Origin: Neocallimastix sp. 'constans'
Taxonomy: Eukaryota
Direction: 5' to 3'
DNA: 64,000 nucleotides
NCBI GenBank assembly: GCA_050613775.1
Contig: JBODTK010000127.1
Span: 186,001 to 250,000 of the forward strand
How positions within the stretch are numbered: position 1 is the first letter of the stretch; the number at the start of each line of letters is the position of its first letter. This document shows, piece by piece, positions 11,458-25,000 of this stretch. The notes beneath the pieces are model-generated. The model ran no database searches. It had not been told where the DNA came from and saw only the letters and a program-made list of their open reading frames with translations. The translations under genes were made by a program, and so were the position numbers.

Positions 11458-12681
11458 TACATGAAATATTTACAAGTATTTATATTTTTCTTTAAAATTA
11501 AACTATTTATAATTTATAAATAAAAAGAATAATTAAATAAAATAAAAGTAATAAAATTAATAATAAAATAAATAATTAATAATAAAATAAATAAATTTGT
11601 TTATTATAAAAATAATTAAAAATATTTTGTTATTTAAATTAATTAATTTTGTTATTATAAAAATATTATTTAATTATAAAATTAATTATAAAAATTATTA
11701 TAAAACTAATTATAAAAATTAATTATTTTATTTTAAATTTAATCTTAATATTTTTATTTTGAAAAATATATAATATTTCTTTCATATCTGAGTATTAATG
11801 TAATTTTTAAGTGTAATTTATTTGTTTTATTTAATTAATTAATTAATTAATTTTTAAATTTTTTTTTTTTTTATTTTATTAAATTATTATTAAACTTGGC
11901 TAAGGTTAGTTTCGATTTTATGTATAATATATTTTTAAGATTTATTAATTTTGTTATTTATCAGAGTGATATGGGCACAGATCACACACAATATTTTAAA
12001 AACACAATATTAAATATTATAAATAAATTTTTATTAGTTTAAAAGTATTTTATAAATTTTTATTTTATTTTATTGTCCTTTTCAAAAGAAAGAAAATTTC
12101 TTCCTTTTATAGTTTTTTACATGAATCTTGAATTGAACATTAACATATACATTTATTTATATTATTCTATTATGAATGTTATTTTAATATTAATATATTT
12201 TAAAATTAACCTATTCTAAAGTATCTATTTTAAAATATAGTTGTATAATTATTAATGATTTATTTATATTTAAAATTTTAACTATCTATTCTAATAATGT
12301 TTTAATTTATCAATTAATATATAATTTAATATTCTTGTAAATTATTAATATTATATTCTCATAAAGTTTATTATTGTAAAAAGAATACAGAAAATAATAA
12401 TCTATTTTAGAGAAAACAATAAAAATAATAGTTAGTATTGTCAATCGATTTAATTTTATACAGAATTAAATATTTCTGTATTTATTTTATTAAAAACAAT
12501 TTATAGATAATTATTCTTATTATAAATAATTTTATTATAAATAAATTTTTTTTTTATTATAACTATTTTAATTTTAAATAATTTCATTATTATAAATATT
12601 TTATATTTTTTTTCTTTTTTATCATTTTTATGTATGCTTATTTGAAATAAATAAGCTAGTTCCGGATCAGAATCTCCCCAC

Positions 12682-15600
12682 TTAACTATGGACTTCGTCC
12701 CTTGAAGTCTCATTGTGCCATGTATAATAATGAATTAGGTTTTTCTTATGGACATTTCTATCAGCAATTTCACCAGTAAGTGGGTCACATAATATTGCTG
12801 TATTAAATTCCATCTTGACAATTTTCATAGGTCCAATATAATAAGGATCGAGTTTTTTGCGGGAAAAATTACGGATTAAAACTAAATCTCCTTTTTCAAA
12901 AGTAGATTTCATTGAATCTTTTTGTCTTCGTCTATTTTCCCATAATTTATTAGCATTATTAATATTATTAGTAGCTTCTAAAATCCATCTCCAATGAGTA
13001 GTAAATTTCCTAATTAAATATTCTTCTGTTGTTTCATGAATATGTCTATCATTTATATCTAACGATAACTCGAAAGGTTGAAGATCGGTTCTACCATAAA
13101 GAAGTTCGAAACTACTGAATTTAGTAACTTCACTTTTGCATGTTCTAAGGGCCCAAAGTGCACTTGGTAGAATTTCATCCCAATCCTTCTGATTGTTTCC
13201 CAATAACCTTAAATATTTTCCAATTTCGCGATTTCGGTTTTCAACTTGGCCATTACTTTCAGGGTGATAGGTGCTTGTGTAATGTACATAAACACCATAT
13301 AAATCTAAGAATCCTTTCGTTGTGTCTGAAGTAAATTGAGGTCCATTATCGGTAATTAATACTTCCGGAATACCATGACGTGAAAATACTCTTGTTAAAA
13401 ATTTTATTACATCATTTGATTCAATAGTTATGAGTGGTTCAGCTTCCACCCACTTAGTGAAATAATCAACAAGTACTATAATATATTTGTTTTTTGATTT
13501 GGTTTCAGGGAGGGGACCAATAATATCTAGACCAACTCGACGAAAAGGGGATTCTGGTGTAGTAGCATGATTTTCAGTTCCTATATTAGCTGGTTGAGGT
13601 CTATTCAACTGGCATTGATGACATGTTTTAACTAGAATTTCCACATCTTTGCTCATATTTTCCCAATAGTAATTCTTCTTCAATCTATTATAGGTTTTAT
13701 GAAAACCTTCATGTCCTACGTTATGTGCGGATAATAATAGTTCAATTTTTTCTTCTTTATCGTCAATAACTTTCCTTAATTTATTGTTTTCTTTGTAATA
13801 TTTTACATCATCAATAGTTACAATTTTTCTTTTAAGGAATTCTTTAATTGATTTGCTTAAGTTTATTTCATTATTATTTGTATTAATGGAATTCGTAATT
13901 AGAATTTTTTGATTTTCTTCTTTATTTAATGGTAATCGTGAAAGAGCATCGGCGACCACATTTTTCTTTCCAGGTTCATATTTGACAATGACATTTAGCA
14001 TGCTCAAGGTAACAACCCATCTCATTTGTCTAGCGTTATTAGGTTCTTTGTTATTGTTAAATAACCCGACTAGGGGTTTATGATCGGTAAAAAGAATTGT
14101 TTTAAAATTATTACTATTAAGGTATGATTTAAATTTTTTTGTACAATAGAAAGCAGCAGTTCCTTCGATATCTGTTACGCTATAATTTAATTCATATTTC
14201 TTTAATGTACGACTAACATAAAATATAGGGTGTTCAACTCCTTCATTATCTTTTTGGATTAATACACCACCCAACCCGTCATATGATGCATCTGTTCTTA
14301 TTATAAATTGTTTATCGAAATTTGGAAAACTAAGTATTGGAGCTTTTACTAATTTTTCTTTTAGTTCACGGAAAGCATTTTCTTCTGTCTGGGTCCATTG
14401 AAATTTTGTATTTTTCTTCTGTAATTTATATAATGGTTGAGCAATGCTTGAATAATTTTTAATAAACTTTCTGTAATACCCCACGGCACCCAAAAAAGAA
14501 CGTAATTGAGTTAAATTAGTTGGTGATTTCATAATTTTAATTGAATCAACTTTCTTCTGTACTGTTTTAATGCCTTCAGTAGTTAGAAGATGACCTAAGA
14601 CTTGAACTTCTTTTTTCAAAAAGTGACATTTTGAGAGATTAACTTTAAGACCATTTTCTTTGATAATATTGAAAATATCTTGGAGATTCTTTAAGTGTTC
14701 TTCCAAGCTGCATGAAAAGATTACTAAATCGTCCATGTAGACAAACATACATTTTCCTATTAAAGGTAAAAATATTCTATTCATCTCCCTTTGGAAAGTA
14801 GCGGGAGCATTACATAATCCGAATGGCATTACTTTAAAATTATAATTTCCATAAATGGTAGTAAAACATGTTTTATCCCTATCTTCCTTTTTCATTGGAA
14901 TCTGGTGGAATCCGGAAAATAGATCAAGAGTAGACAGAAATTTTACATCATTACCTACTGAGTATAATATTTCTTCAATATATGGTAATGGGTAGGCATC
15001 CTTCTCTGTGACATCATTGAGCTTCCGATAGTCAACGCACATTCTCCATGTACCATTATTTTTAGGTACAAGAACAACTGGAAAAGACCAAGAAGATTGA
15101 GAAGGCTCGATGAGTCCATTATCTCGGAGTTTTTGAATTTCTTCTCTTAAGATCTCCATTTTCTTTTTGTCAGCAATTCTATATTTCCTCTGCTTAATAG
15201 GTTTTTGATTTGGATTTAACTTAATTTCATGAGCTAATAGTTTCGATTTTCCCAAATCATCAGTGCTGATAGCTAGTAATTCTTCGTTGTTTTCTAATAA
15301 TTGTTTAAGGGCTTGTCTTTTGTCTTCATCTGTTCCCTCAATGATTTCTTCTATTAATTCTTTCTTAGATTTATTCTTATTATCATTAATAAAGATCTTC
15401 TCATATTGATCTTGGGTACATAATAGATATTCTTTAGCTGCTTCATCATTTTCAATATAATTATTATTTAAGAAATTTTCATTTTTCGAATTTATTACAT
15501 TATTTTTATTTATATCAATAAAATCATCATTTGTATTTAAGTTTATATTTATATTAATATCAAAATTTTCATTTGAGTCAATATTATTATTATTATTAGT

Positions 15601-16837
15601 TAAATTTTTATTTTTATCTAAATCAATATCTTCATTTGAATTAAGAGAATTTTTATTGTTATTCAGTTTAATATTTTTGTTGAAGTTCTCATTTTTATTT
15701 ATGCCATTATTTAAACCATTTTCTTTATTGAAATTATTACTTTTATTCAAGTTCTTATTTTTATTCGAATTCTTATTTTTATTTAAACTATTATTTTTGT
15801 TTAAATCATTGTTTTTATTATCACAATATAATTCCTTACTATTATTTCCTTTTAAATAATTTATTTCATTTACATTATCGTTGGAATTTAGATCATTAAA
15901 ATCGTTATTAAATTCCTCGTAACGAAGGGTAGAAACATTTTCAATACTTCCAATTTTTTTAATATCGTCTAATTTTTGATATAAATTGTTGTCTGTAAAA
16001 TCGATAATCAATTTCATATGTCTCAAAGTATCAACACCAATTAATACATTAAATATATCATCCTTTTCAATGAGTCTGAAAATTTCTTTAAGAGTAATAT
16101 CTCCTATAGTTATTTCAATCTCAAAAAGTTTGGAGACTATGGTTTCATTATTGAATGCTTGAAGAAAAGTTTCTTTTATCTGTGATAAAGGACTTATATT
16201 TATGTTATTTTTTATTAGAAAACTTTTAGTAATCAAGTTAATGCTAGAACATGAATCTAAGTATATAATTGTATCAACTCCTTCAACTTTTCCATGAGTT
16301 TTTACTATTTTATCTTGTTTAATAGTTGATAATATATCTTCTTCGTTATAAATGGCTTCATTAATTGTAGTCATCGTTGTTAGCTTAAGAGATTTAGACA
16401 ATTCTGTTCTTAATTTAGGATTCAAATCTAGTAATTGTCCAATTGTTATGTTGGCTACAGTATCTCCTACATCATGTACTATGTCATATCGTTTTTGATC
16501 ACCTATTATTTTTACTTTTTTTATTATATTATTATTGATATCATTATTTTCTTGTTTCTTTTGGCTAGGTAGTTCTATCTCTTTGGCTAATTCAATAATT
16601 TCTTTTGCCCTTTGTTTTTTACCTTTTTGTTTTGTTTTCTGAATAGAAGGTTGACTAATAATAGATGGATCTAAAATTTTTAAGGATTCAGTATTCCCAA
16701 GAATATTTGAATTATAAATGTCGTTGGTATTATTATTGTCTTTATTACTAAAACTAATCGTACTATTATTATTATAATTATCAGTATTATTATTATTATA
16801 ATTATTATTATTATAATTATCAGTATTATTATTATTA

Positions 16838-16872
<35 letters not shown>

Positions 16873-16881
16873 TTTATTATA

Positions 16882-16914
<33 letters not shown>

Positions 16915-17172
16915 TTTATCATTATTAACGTTATCCATTTCCATTTCCATCGTATTATTATTAGCAGGAATTTTAATAGGTTGCGGGTTTGATAATAGGT
17001 TTTCTTTAATCGTTTTTTGATGATAAGGTGTATTATCAATTTTATTTTTTGTTTTTCTAATGGCCGCAGCAACAATTTCCTGTTCAGAAGGGTCTTGTAT
17101 AGTATGAATTATTGGTTGATGTGAATAGGTTTGATTTCTGGGAGTATTCCTTCTCCCATTAATTAGTTTAAA
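12682..17172 (-). CDS. pol: Pol of C (PR-RT-RNaseH-IN) with Asn-rich linkers, -1 frameshift
   Basis: Frame is open from the slippery site (17166-17172) through ORF 12682..16950. YLDSCS protease, YMDD RT, RTDAS, integrase core. Confidence 0.93.
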
Positions 17173-18410
17173 GGCTTATTGTTATTATTAATATTATTGA
17201 TACTAAGCTTTCCTTCTTCTTCCATTATGGCTAATTCACGATAAGAATATGGACAATCTTGTAATTTATGTCCGAATTGATTGCATTTAAAGCATTTTAA
17301 TGTTTTACTATTATTATTAATATAATTGTTATTATTGACATTATTATAATTATTATTTTTAGCTTGTTTATTCAAATTCCTATCATTGTTTACATTGTTT
17401 GTGAGGAATCTTTCGTTATTAATATTATTATTGCTATTACTATTATATCTCGTATTATTGAAGTTATTAATTTTATTAAGATTATTATCATTTTTCAAAT
17501 AATTATTATTGAAATTGTTCCTATAGTAACTGTCAAAACTATTAAAATTATTATTATAATAATTGTTATAAGGGTCATATTGAGAATTGTTATTGTTTAA
17601 TCCGTGATTAAATCGGTTATTGTATTCATTATTATTATAAAAATTAGAATAAGTATTATAATAATTATTATACTTTCTATTATATCTATAATTCATATTT
17701 CCATTGTTATTAGGAATATTGAAGGATTTATTATTAGTATAAAGGACGGGATTTATGTTATTATCAAAAGTGTCATAATAAGGATTATTGTGTAAGAAAT
17801 TAAAAGGAGAGCTATTGGGCATATAATAAGGATTGTATTGAAAACTATTATTTTCATTTCCCAGAGCCATTATTATGTTATTCGGAATGTTTGGTGCTTC
17901 AGTTGCATTTTCGGCTAATTCAGCAATTTGGAGTGCCTCTTCAAGTGTATCTGGTTGAGCAGTAATTACTTGGGTTCTGGCAAAAGGTCTACTTGATATA
18001 GAATTACAATAATCTTTAATTGTGATAAATTCCTGGGATTCAGGGTTTAATGAATTATGTAAGTTATTATATCTCCAATTAAAATCCCTAATAGTTTCGT
18101 TTCTTCTTATTTTGAGTGCCTTTAAATTAAAGCATTTTTCTTGTTGGGTAACCTCCAGATAATCTTCAATAGCAGTTTTCATTTCGTTAATATTGGGATA
18201 AGTAACATCATCACCATCTATAGTCTTAAGGTCTTCGAGTATACCCTTAAGACGTCCCTGAACGCACTCTTTCGCCCACGCGAAAATCCTTTTTGGTTCC
18301 TCAATGTTAGCAAGTTCCATAATTCTTTGGAACTCCTCGGCCCAACTTTCTATATCCCTATCATGATTTCCTAATCTAGGAATCATACGGGAAATTTCAC
18401 TGATTTTCAT
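17163..18410 (-). CDS. gag: Gag of C
   Basis: 415 aa; CFKCNQFGHKLQDC knuckle; N/Y-rich low-complexity region. Confidence 0.9.
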   Translation of the reverse strand: MKISEISRMIPRLGNHDRDIESWAEEFQRIMELANIEEPKRIFAWAKECVQGRLKGILEDLKTIDGDDVTYPNINEMKTAIEDYLEVTQQEKCFNLKALKIRRNETIRDFNWRYNNLHNSLNPESQEFITIKDYCNSISSRPFARTQVITAQPDTLEEALQIAELAENATEAPNIPNNIIMALGNENNSFQYNPYYMPNSSPFNFLHNNPYYDTFDNNINPVLYTNNKSFNIPNNNGNMNYRYNRKYNNYYNTYSNFYNNNEYNNRFNHGLNNNNSQYDPYNNYYNNNFNSFDSYYRNNFNNNYLKNDNNLNKINNFNNTRYNSNSNNNINNERFLTNNVNNDRNLNKQAKNNNYNNVNNNNYINNNSKTLKCFKCNQFGHKLQDCPYSYRELAIMEEEGKLSINNINNNNKPLN

Positions 18411-18615
18411 CTTAAAATAAAATTTTTTTTTTTTTTTTTTTATAAATAAAAGTTATTTAATAATATAAATTTGAGAAAATATATATATATATATATTTTA
18501 TAAAAAGGTTATTTAATAATATAAAATTGAATATATATATTTTTTTATAAAAAAAAAAATATTTAATAATATAAAATTGAGGAAAAAAAATTATTTAATA
18601 ATATAAAATTGAGAA

Positions 18616-18671
<56 letters not shown>

Positions 18672-18709
18672 AAAATAATTATTTAATAATATAAAAATAA
18701 AAAAAATTT

Positions 18710-18752
<43 letters not shown>

Positions 18753-18834
18753 AAAATATTATTTAAAAATATAAAGATTGTGTAACGATATCTTATGCCA
18801 CACAAAATATTTTTATGAGAAAACTAATAAAAAA

Positions 18835-18875
<41 letters not shown>

Positions 18876-19092
18876 AAAAATATAAACGAAAGATTTAATA
18901 AAAAATAAAAAAAAATAAATTAAAATAAGTTTCCTCTGAAACTTTTACAAAAGTAATAAAAATAATAAATTTAAGTTTCCTCTGAAACTTCTTTAAAAAA
19001 AATAAAATCTTTGTTTCCTCTGAAACAAAATATAAAAAAATCTATTCTTTATAATATTAATTTATGTGTTTATTTCATATTTTTGTGTGTGC

Positions 19093-19109
19093 GCCCGGAT
19101 TCTCCACCA
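19093..19109 (-). promoter_or_regulatory. PBS of C (tRNA-Ala)
   Basis: TGGTGGAGAATCCGGGC, 5 nt from the LTR; the same PBS occurs in the second copy at ~60785-60801. Confidence 0.85.
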
Positions 19110-20723
19110 ATTTCTGATATGGGCACAGATCACACACAATATTTTAAAAACACAATATTAAATATTATAAATAAATTTTTATTAGTTTAAAAGTATTTTA
19201 TAAATTTTTATTTTATTTTATTGTCCTTTTCAAAAGAAAGAAAATTTCTTCCTTTTATAGTTTTTTACATGAATCTTGAATTGAACATTAACATATACAT
19301 TTATTTATATTATTCTATTATGAATGTTATTTTAATATTAATATATTTTAAAATTAACCTATTCTAAAGTATCTATTTTAAAATATAGTTGTATAATTAT
19401 TAATGATTTATTTATATTTAAAATTTTAACTATCTATTCTAATAATGTTTTAATTTATCAATTAATATATAATTTAATATTCTTGTAAATTATTAATATT
19501 ATATTCTCATAAAGTTTATTATTGTAAAAAGAATACAGAAAATAATAATCTATTTTAGAGAAAACAATAAAAATAATAGTTAGTATTGTCAATCGATTTA
19601 ATTTTATACAGAATTAAATATTTCTGTATTTATTTTATTAAAAACAATTTATAGATAATTATTCTTATTATAAATAATTTTATTATAAATAAATTTTTTT
19701 TTTATTATAACTATTTTAATTTTAAATAATTTCATTATTATAAATATTTTATATTTTTTTTCTTTTTTATCATTTTTATGTATGCTTATTTGAAATAAAT
19801 AAGCTAGTTCCGGATCAAGAGTGTAAGAATCTATAATTATTTGTTAGCAAATAATTATATTTTCTTAGTTAAGTTATTATAACTATAACTTTATTTAATT
19901 ACATATAATATTTATTAAATTTATTTAATTTAATTTTAAATATTCATTAATTTAACAAAATTTATTTAATAATTTTAAATAATATATTTACAATATGTTA
20001 AATTCTCTACTGTAACTAATGTATTTTGTATTGTATTTTATTCTGTATTTTATAATGTATTCTGTATTTTATAATGTATTCTGTATTTTATAATGTATTC
20101 TGTATTTTATTAACTATTTAATTTTATATTTTTAATATAAGGATAAATTATATGATCGAAATATCTTTTATTATTTTATTCTTTTATTTTCGATCATTAG
20201 ATTAGATTAGAAAATCGGTTAATTAAGATTTTTTCCAATTACTTTTTAGAAGTAATCGGTTTTACTTAATTAATGCGATGATCGATATGGATAGAATATC
20301 GATCGAAAACTTATCTAGGTTTTTCTATCTAATCTTTTCCTAGATAAGAGATTTGTTAAGATTAGAAAACCCTTTCTTATTTAATCTTATTTTCATAAAA
20401 AAATATAAATAAGGCTCTTGAGTTCTCTTTGAGAAATCAAGAGTTATTATTATAAAAAAACATAGTTATAATAGTAACATTTTTATATTTTTAACTTTAA
20501 TAAATTAATAAAAATATTTTATTCAAAAACATATTTTTAAGATCAATTTATACAAACAATTCTTCTCTTACATTTTGCGTTATTATTATAATTAATTTTA
20601 TAATAAACTCTACATTAAAGGTAAAAAAAATTTATTTTATTTTATTTTCTCAACTTAATGAATTAGTCGTTAAGTTGTAGTTAATAATTCTATTTTGAGT
20701 TAGTTCTTAATAGAATTATTACA

Positions 20724-20735
20724 ATAATAACTCTT
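20724..20735 (+). promoter_or_regulatory. Self-priming PBS of D (ATAATAACTCTT)
   Basis: No TGG tRNA-type PBS. Exact complement AAGAGTTATTAT lies in the LTR at 20439-20450, ~30 nt after TATAAATAAG (~20404). Confidence 0.85.
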
Positions 20736-20869
20736 CTTAGATTAGCTTAGGGTTAGATAAAATGTGAAAAAATTTTAGAATAGTGTAACATTGGAAATTT
20801 TATTAGTGAATTAGTCTATTGAAATTATATATATTAGAATACAATAATAATATATAGCTAGAGTGGCAC

Positions 20870-20901
<32 letters not shown>

Positions 20902-21187
20902 TTTTATTAGCAATTTTGATTGAAAAAAAAAAAAAAAATTATATTAAAAAAAAAAAAAAAAAATTTATATTAAAAAAAAAAAATTTTTTTTAATAGTTAA
21001 TAATAGAATAATAAATTAATATTATAGAATAGTTTTAGATTATAATAATTTAATTAAAATAATTTTAGAATAAATATAATAATATATAATAGATTAGAAT
21101 TATTTTAATAATTTAGAATTAATAGTATTATAGAATAATAAATAATTTTAGATAATATAATTAAGAATAGAAAGAATAATTTAAAAT

Positions 21188-21241
<54 letters not shown>

Positions 21242-22057
21242 ATAATAATAATAAATAAATAAAGAAATAAATAAAAACATTAAAAAATAAATTAAAAATA
21301 ACAAACTGAGAAGGTAATAATACCTTCATATATAGAGTTAGCCATCTAATTGGGGATGGTGAGTACATTTTTAGGTAGTAATAAAGGAAAGGTCTCCTTT
21401 TCCTATACCGTAGCGGTTTGTACTGTACGGAAATGCAGTATTTCACGTGAAAGTATAGGTTATCCGAATGTAGCTCTAGCGAATAAGGAACTCTTGGTCA
21501 CCGAAGGCCTCGAGGTTCTTCAATATTATGTATTGAAGTAAAATTATATAGTTTTAATTTTAATAATGGGTTTTAACAGTTTGTTTATCCCAAACAAAAT
21601 TGGTTATAGCAGTTATGTTTTTTTATGCTTGATTATATAAAACTGCTATGGAAAACATAAAATATTTTTTTTATGTTTTAATGGATCACTTTTGCCGGTT
21701 TTTGAATGTTGTAAGGCATAAGAAAGTGATATTGAATTTTAATTAAAATAATACTAAATATTGTATTTATGCAGAAGTTTATAATAAAGGATAAGTTTAT
21801 AATAATATTTTGTTAATCATTTTAATTTAATTTCCAAGTACGTAGTTGACCGTTACTGGTAGGCTGTAACATTAGACCTACACCTCAGCCTTTTGGTTGA
21901 TAAACCAAATGAACGGTAACACGGGAAGGAAGAAATTAAAGTGTATTCTATAAAATATTTATTAATCAAAATCCTTATTATAATTCTTAATTTTGTGTAA
22001 TAAAAATGTCCATTTTGTTAACTCTATCCTATTTTTATCTATACTAAAGGCACAAAA

Positions 22058-25000
22058 ATGGATTTCAATAGTAATAAACAAGCAATTTCCTCAAGTGAAG
22101 TTAATAATTCCTATCTCCATGATGAAAATGCATCCAAACTTATTACTGCAATTGCTGACTTCATTCCTGCTTTCTTTTCTCCTAATGGTGTCCTCCAAAA
22201 GGAAAATGAAAGCAATAAACTAAATATATTAGAAATTTTAATTCAAAGTGAAGATTTCTTTAAGGAGCATCCAAATTCTTTTCAAAAGGATGAACTAAAA
22301 AGTTCTTTTGTTATTAATAAACTTACTGGTACCGCCAGAAAATGGGGTCTTTCTCTTTTAACTGATGGTACTCTAAAGAACCTTGAATTTAGTAAGTTTA
22401 AGAAGCTCTTACTGGATAACTTTGATATTGGGAATGAAAGGAAGCAAAAATATGTCATCATGGAAAAGTTATGGAAATTGAAACAACTTCAACTAGGAAA
22501 TGTTGCTGAATATACTATTGAATTTCGGAGATTGGCTGGACGTTTAGGATGGCCCGACGAAGTTTTAATTGATATAATCGGTAAGGGTCTACTTGACAAA
22601 GTCCGCGAAGAGTTTGATAAACTCGAAAAGCCATCTACTCTTTTTGAAGCTACCAACATTATTATTGGAATTGATAAGAAGTGTTTTTTGGAAAGTCGTC
22701 TACGCCACAATCAAAAAAATAAATTTAATGGAAAAATGTCGTTTCATAGGAAGAGAAACGATTTACTAAAATCAGAAAAGAATTCTAAACATTCTCATTT
22801 CAGAAAAAATAAGTCTAAAAACGACATACTTTCAGCAAATTACACCCCGAATATTAAAACAACAATCACAACTACCTTCTACCTTGATATTAATGGAAGA
22901 AATATTAAGGCAAATCTATTAATTGATTCGGGTTCTGCCAGAAGTTTTATTTGTAAAAACTTCGCAAATTCTAATAGATTACCTGTGTTAGGACTCAATT
23001 CCCAAATCAACATCCAACTTCCTAATGGGAAAAGTATGAATATCAGACAAACTACTAAGCCCCTTAAATTAAAATTTATGGATCATAAGGAAACTTTTGA
23101 ATTCTGCATTGCTAATCTATCTCTTCAGGGCATTAATGGTATTCTTGGAAGGGATTGGTTATCCGTTCACAATCCTTTCATCGATTATAAAAATAATAGA
23201 ATCTACTTCCTTGGTAGATACTGTGGCTCACATTGCCCATCCTCCAAAAGTAATAAGTTTTTTAATCAAAATAAAAATATTACTGCTTCAATGTTGGAGA
23301 ATTCAGAAGAAGATTCAGTATTACCAAATTCGGCTTTCGATACAGATATCTCAGATTCTGATTTATGTGCTGCAATGATTAATTCAGAAGAAGTAAACAC
23401 TGACGTTCAGGGAAAAGAAGAGATTATTAATAAATACTATTCGGATCTTAAAATAGTATTTGAAAAGAAACAAGCTGAGAACTTACCACCTCATCGTGAC
23501 TATGATATTGCTATTGAGCTTATTCCTGGTGGACAACTTTATTTTGGTCCAATATACTCTCTTACTGTACAAGAACTTAAAGCTTTAAAGGATTATATTA
23601 AGGAAAACTTAAAAAAGAAATTCATTAGGAAGTCAAAATCACCAGCAGGTGCTCCTATATTATTTGTAATGAAACGCGATGGTACCCTTAGACTCTGTGT
23701 AGATTATCGCCGATTAAATGCTATCACAATCCGTAATAGCTACCCAATTCCAAGAATAAATGACTTGATTGAATCCTTTCAAGGAGCTAAGATATTTACT
23801 CGTCTTGACCTTAGATCTGCTTATAACCTAATCAGAGTTAAAGAAGGTCACGAATATCTTACTGCTTTTAGAACCCCTTTAGGACATTTCGAGTATCTCG
23901 TTATGCCTTTTGGTCTTCGAAATGCCCCTTCGGTTTTTCAACGTTTTGTACAAGATATCTTCAGTGATATCATTGGTTCTTTCATGCAAGTCTATCTGGA
24001 CGACATCATTATTTACTCTAACAACGAAGAAGAACATATTAAACATGTTAGGATCGTTCTTCAACTTCTCATCAACAATGGATTATATGCTAAATTAGAG
24101 AAATGTGACTTCCATGTTACTAAAACCACTTTCTTAGGCTTCACTGTTTCTGTAGATGGTCTCACTATGGATAAGGATAAGGTAAAATCTGTTCTGGATT
24201 GGCCTATTCCGAAGAATCAAAAGGAATTACAAAGTTTTCTAGGCTTATGTAATTTCTATAGAAAGTTTATCAATAATTTTGCCAAAAATATGGAACCTCT
24301 TCGTCGACTTTTAAGGAAAAATACTACATTTAATTGGGATGAATCAGCAAATGAAGCTTTTAATAAATTAAAAGAATCTTTTAAAGCTGATGAAGTGCTC
24401 ATTTTTCCTAATCCAGAGAAAGAATTCATCGTTGAAACAGATGCTAGCGACTTTGCTGTCGGTTGCATACTTTCTCAGGTTAGTGACACTGATAACTTAT
24501 TGCATCCCGTAGCCTTCCATTCTAGATCCCTCAATAAAGCAGAAGTCAATTATACTATATATGATAAAGAACTTCTTGCTATAATTACTGCGTTTGAAAC
24601 TTGGAGGCATCATTTAGAAGGCGCAAAATTTCCTGTTCAAGTAATAACAGACCACAAGAACTTATTGTATTTTAAGAAACCCCAACATTTAAATCAAAGA
24701 CAAATTCGTTGGAGTCTCTTTTTATCAAAGTTTGACTATAGGATTGCATTCAGATCAGGCGCTAAAAGTGGCAAACCAGATGCTCTTTCAAGACGCCCAG
24801 ATTTTAAATCTGACTCTTCATCTGAATCACAACCTGTAATTAACAATAATGCTTTCTGTTGTGCTATAAATGACAATATTAGTAGTCTTATTGAAGCACA
24901 GAAAGCTGATAATTATTGTAAAAATATCCTCTTAAAAATAAGGGATAAGTCAAACAACATCAAAAGTTCTTTATTTTCCTTCGTCGATGGCGTACTTCAC

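Larger units (their letters stand above)
4655..11963 (-). mobile_element. Full-length Ty3/Gypsy element 'B'
   Basis: 771-bp LTRs at 4655-5425 and 11193-11963 (TGATAA...TTATCA), apparently identical. TSD GAGT. tRNA-Tyr PBS. Intact gag and pol. Confidence 0.95.
11967..19817 (-). mobile_element. Full-length Ty3/Gypsy element 'C'
   Basis: 703-bp LTRs at 11967-12669 and 19115-19817, apparently identical. TSD AGAG. PBS 19093-19109. PPT GTGGGGAG at ~12674-12681. Confidence 0.95.

Noticed and set aside
21305..21460. Hammerhead ribozyme or group I/II intron in the D leader
   Set aside because: No CUGANGA/GAAA core in the right geometry, no group II domain V and no group I P7 signature found by eye.
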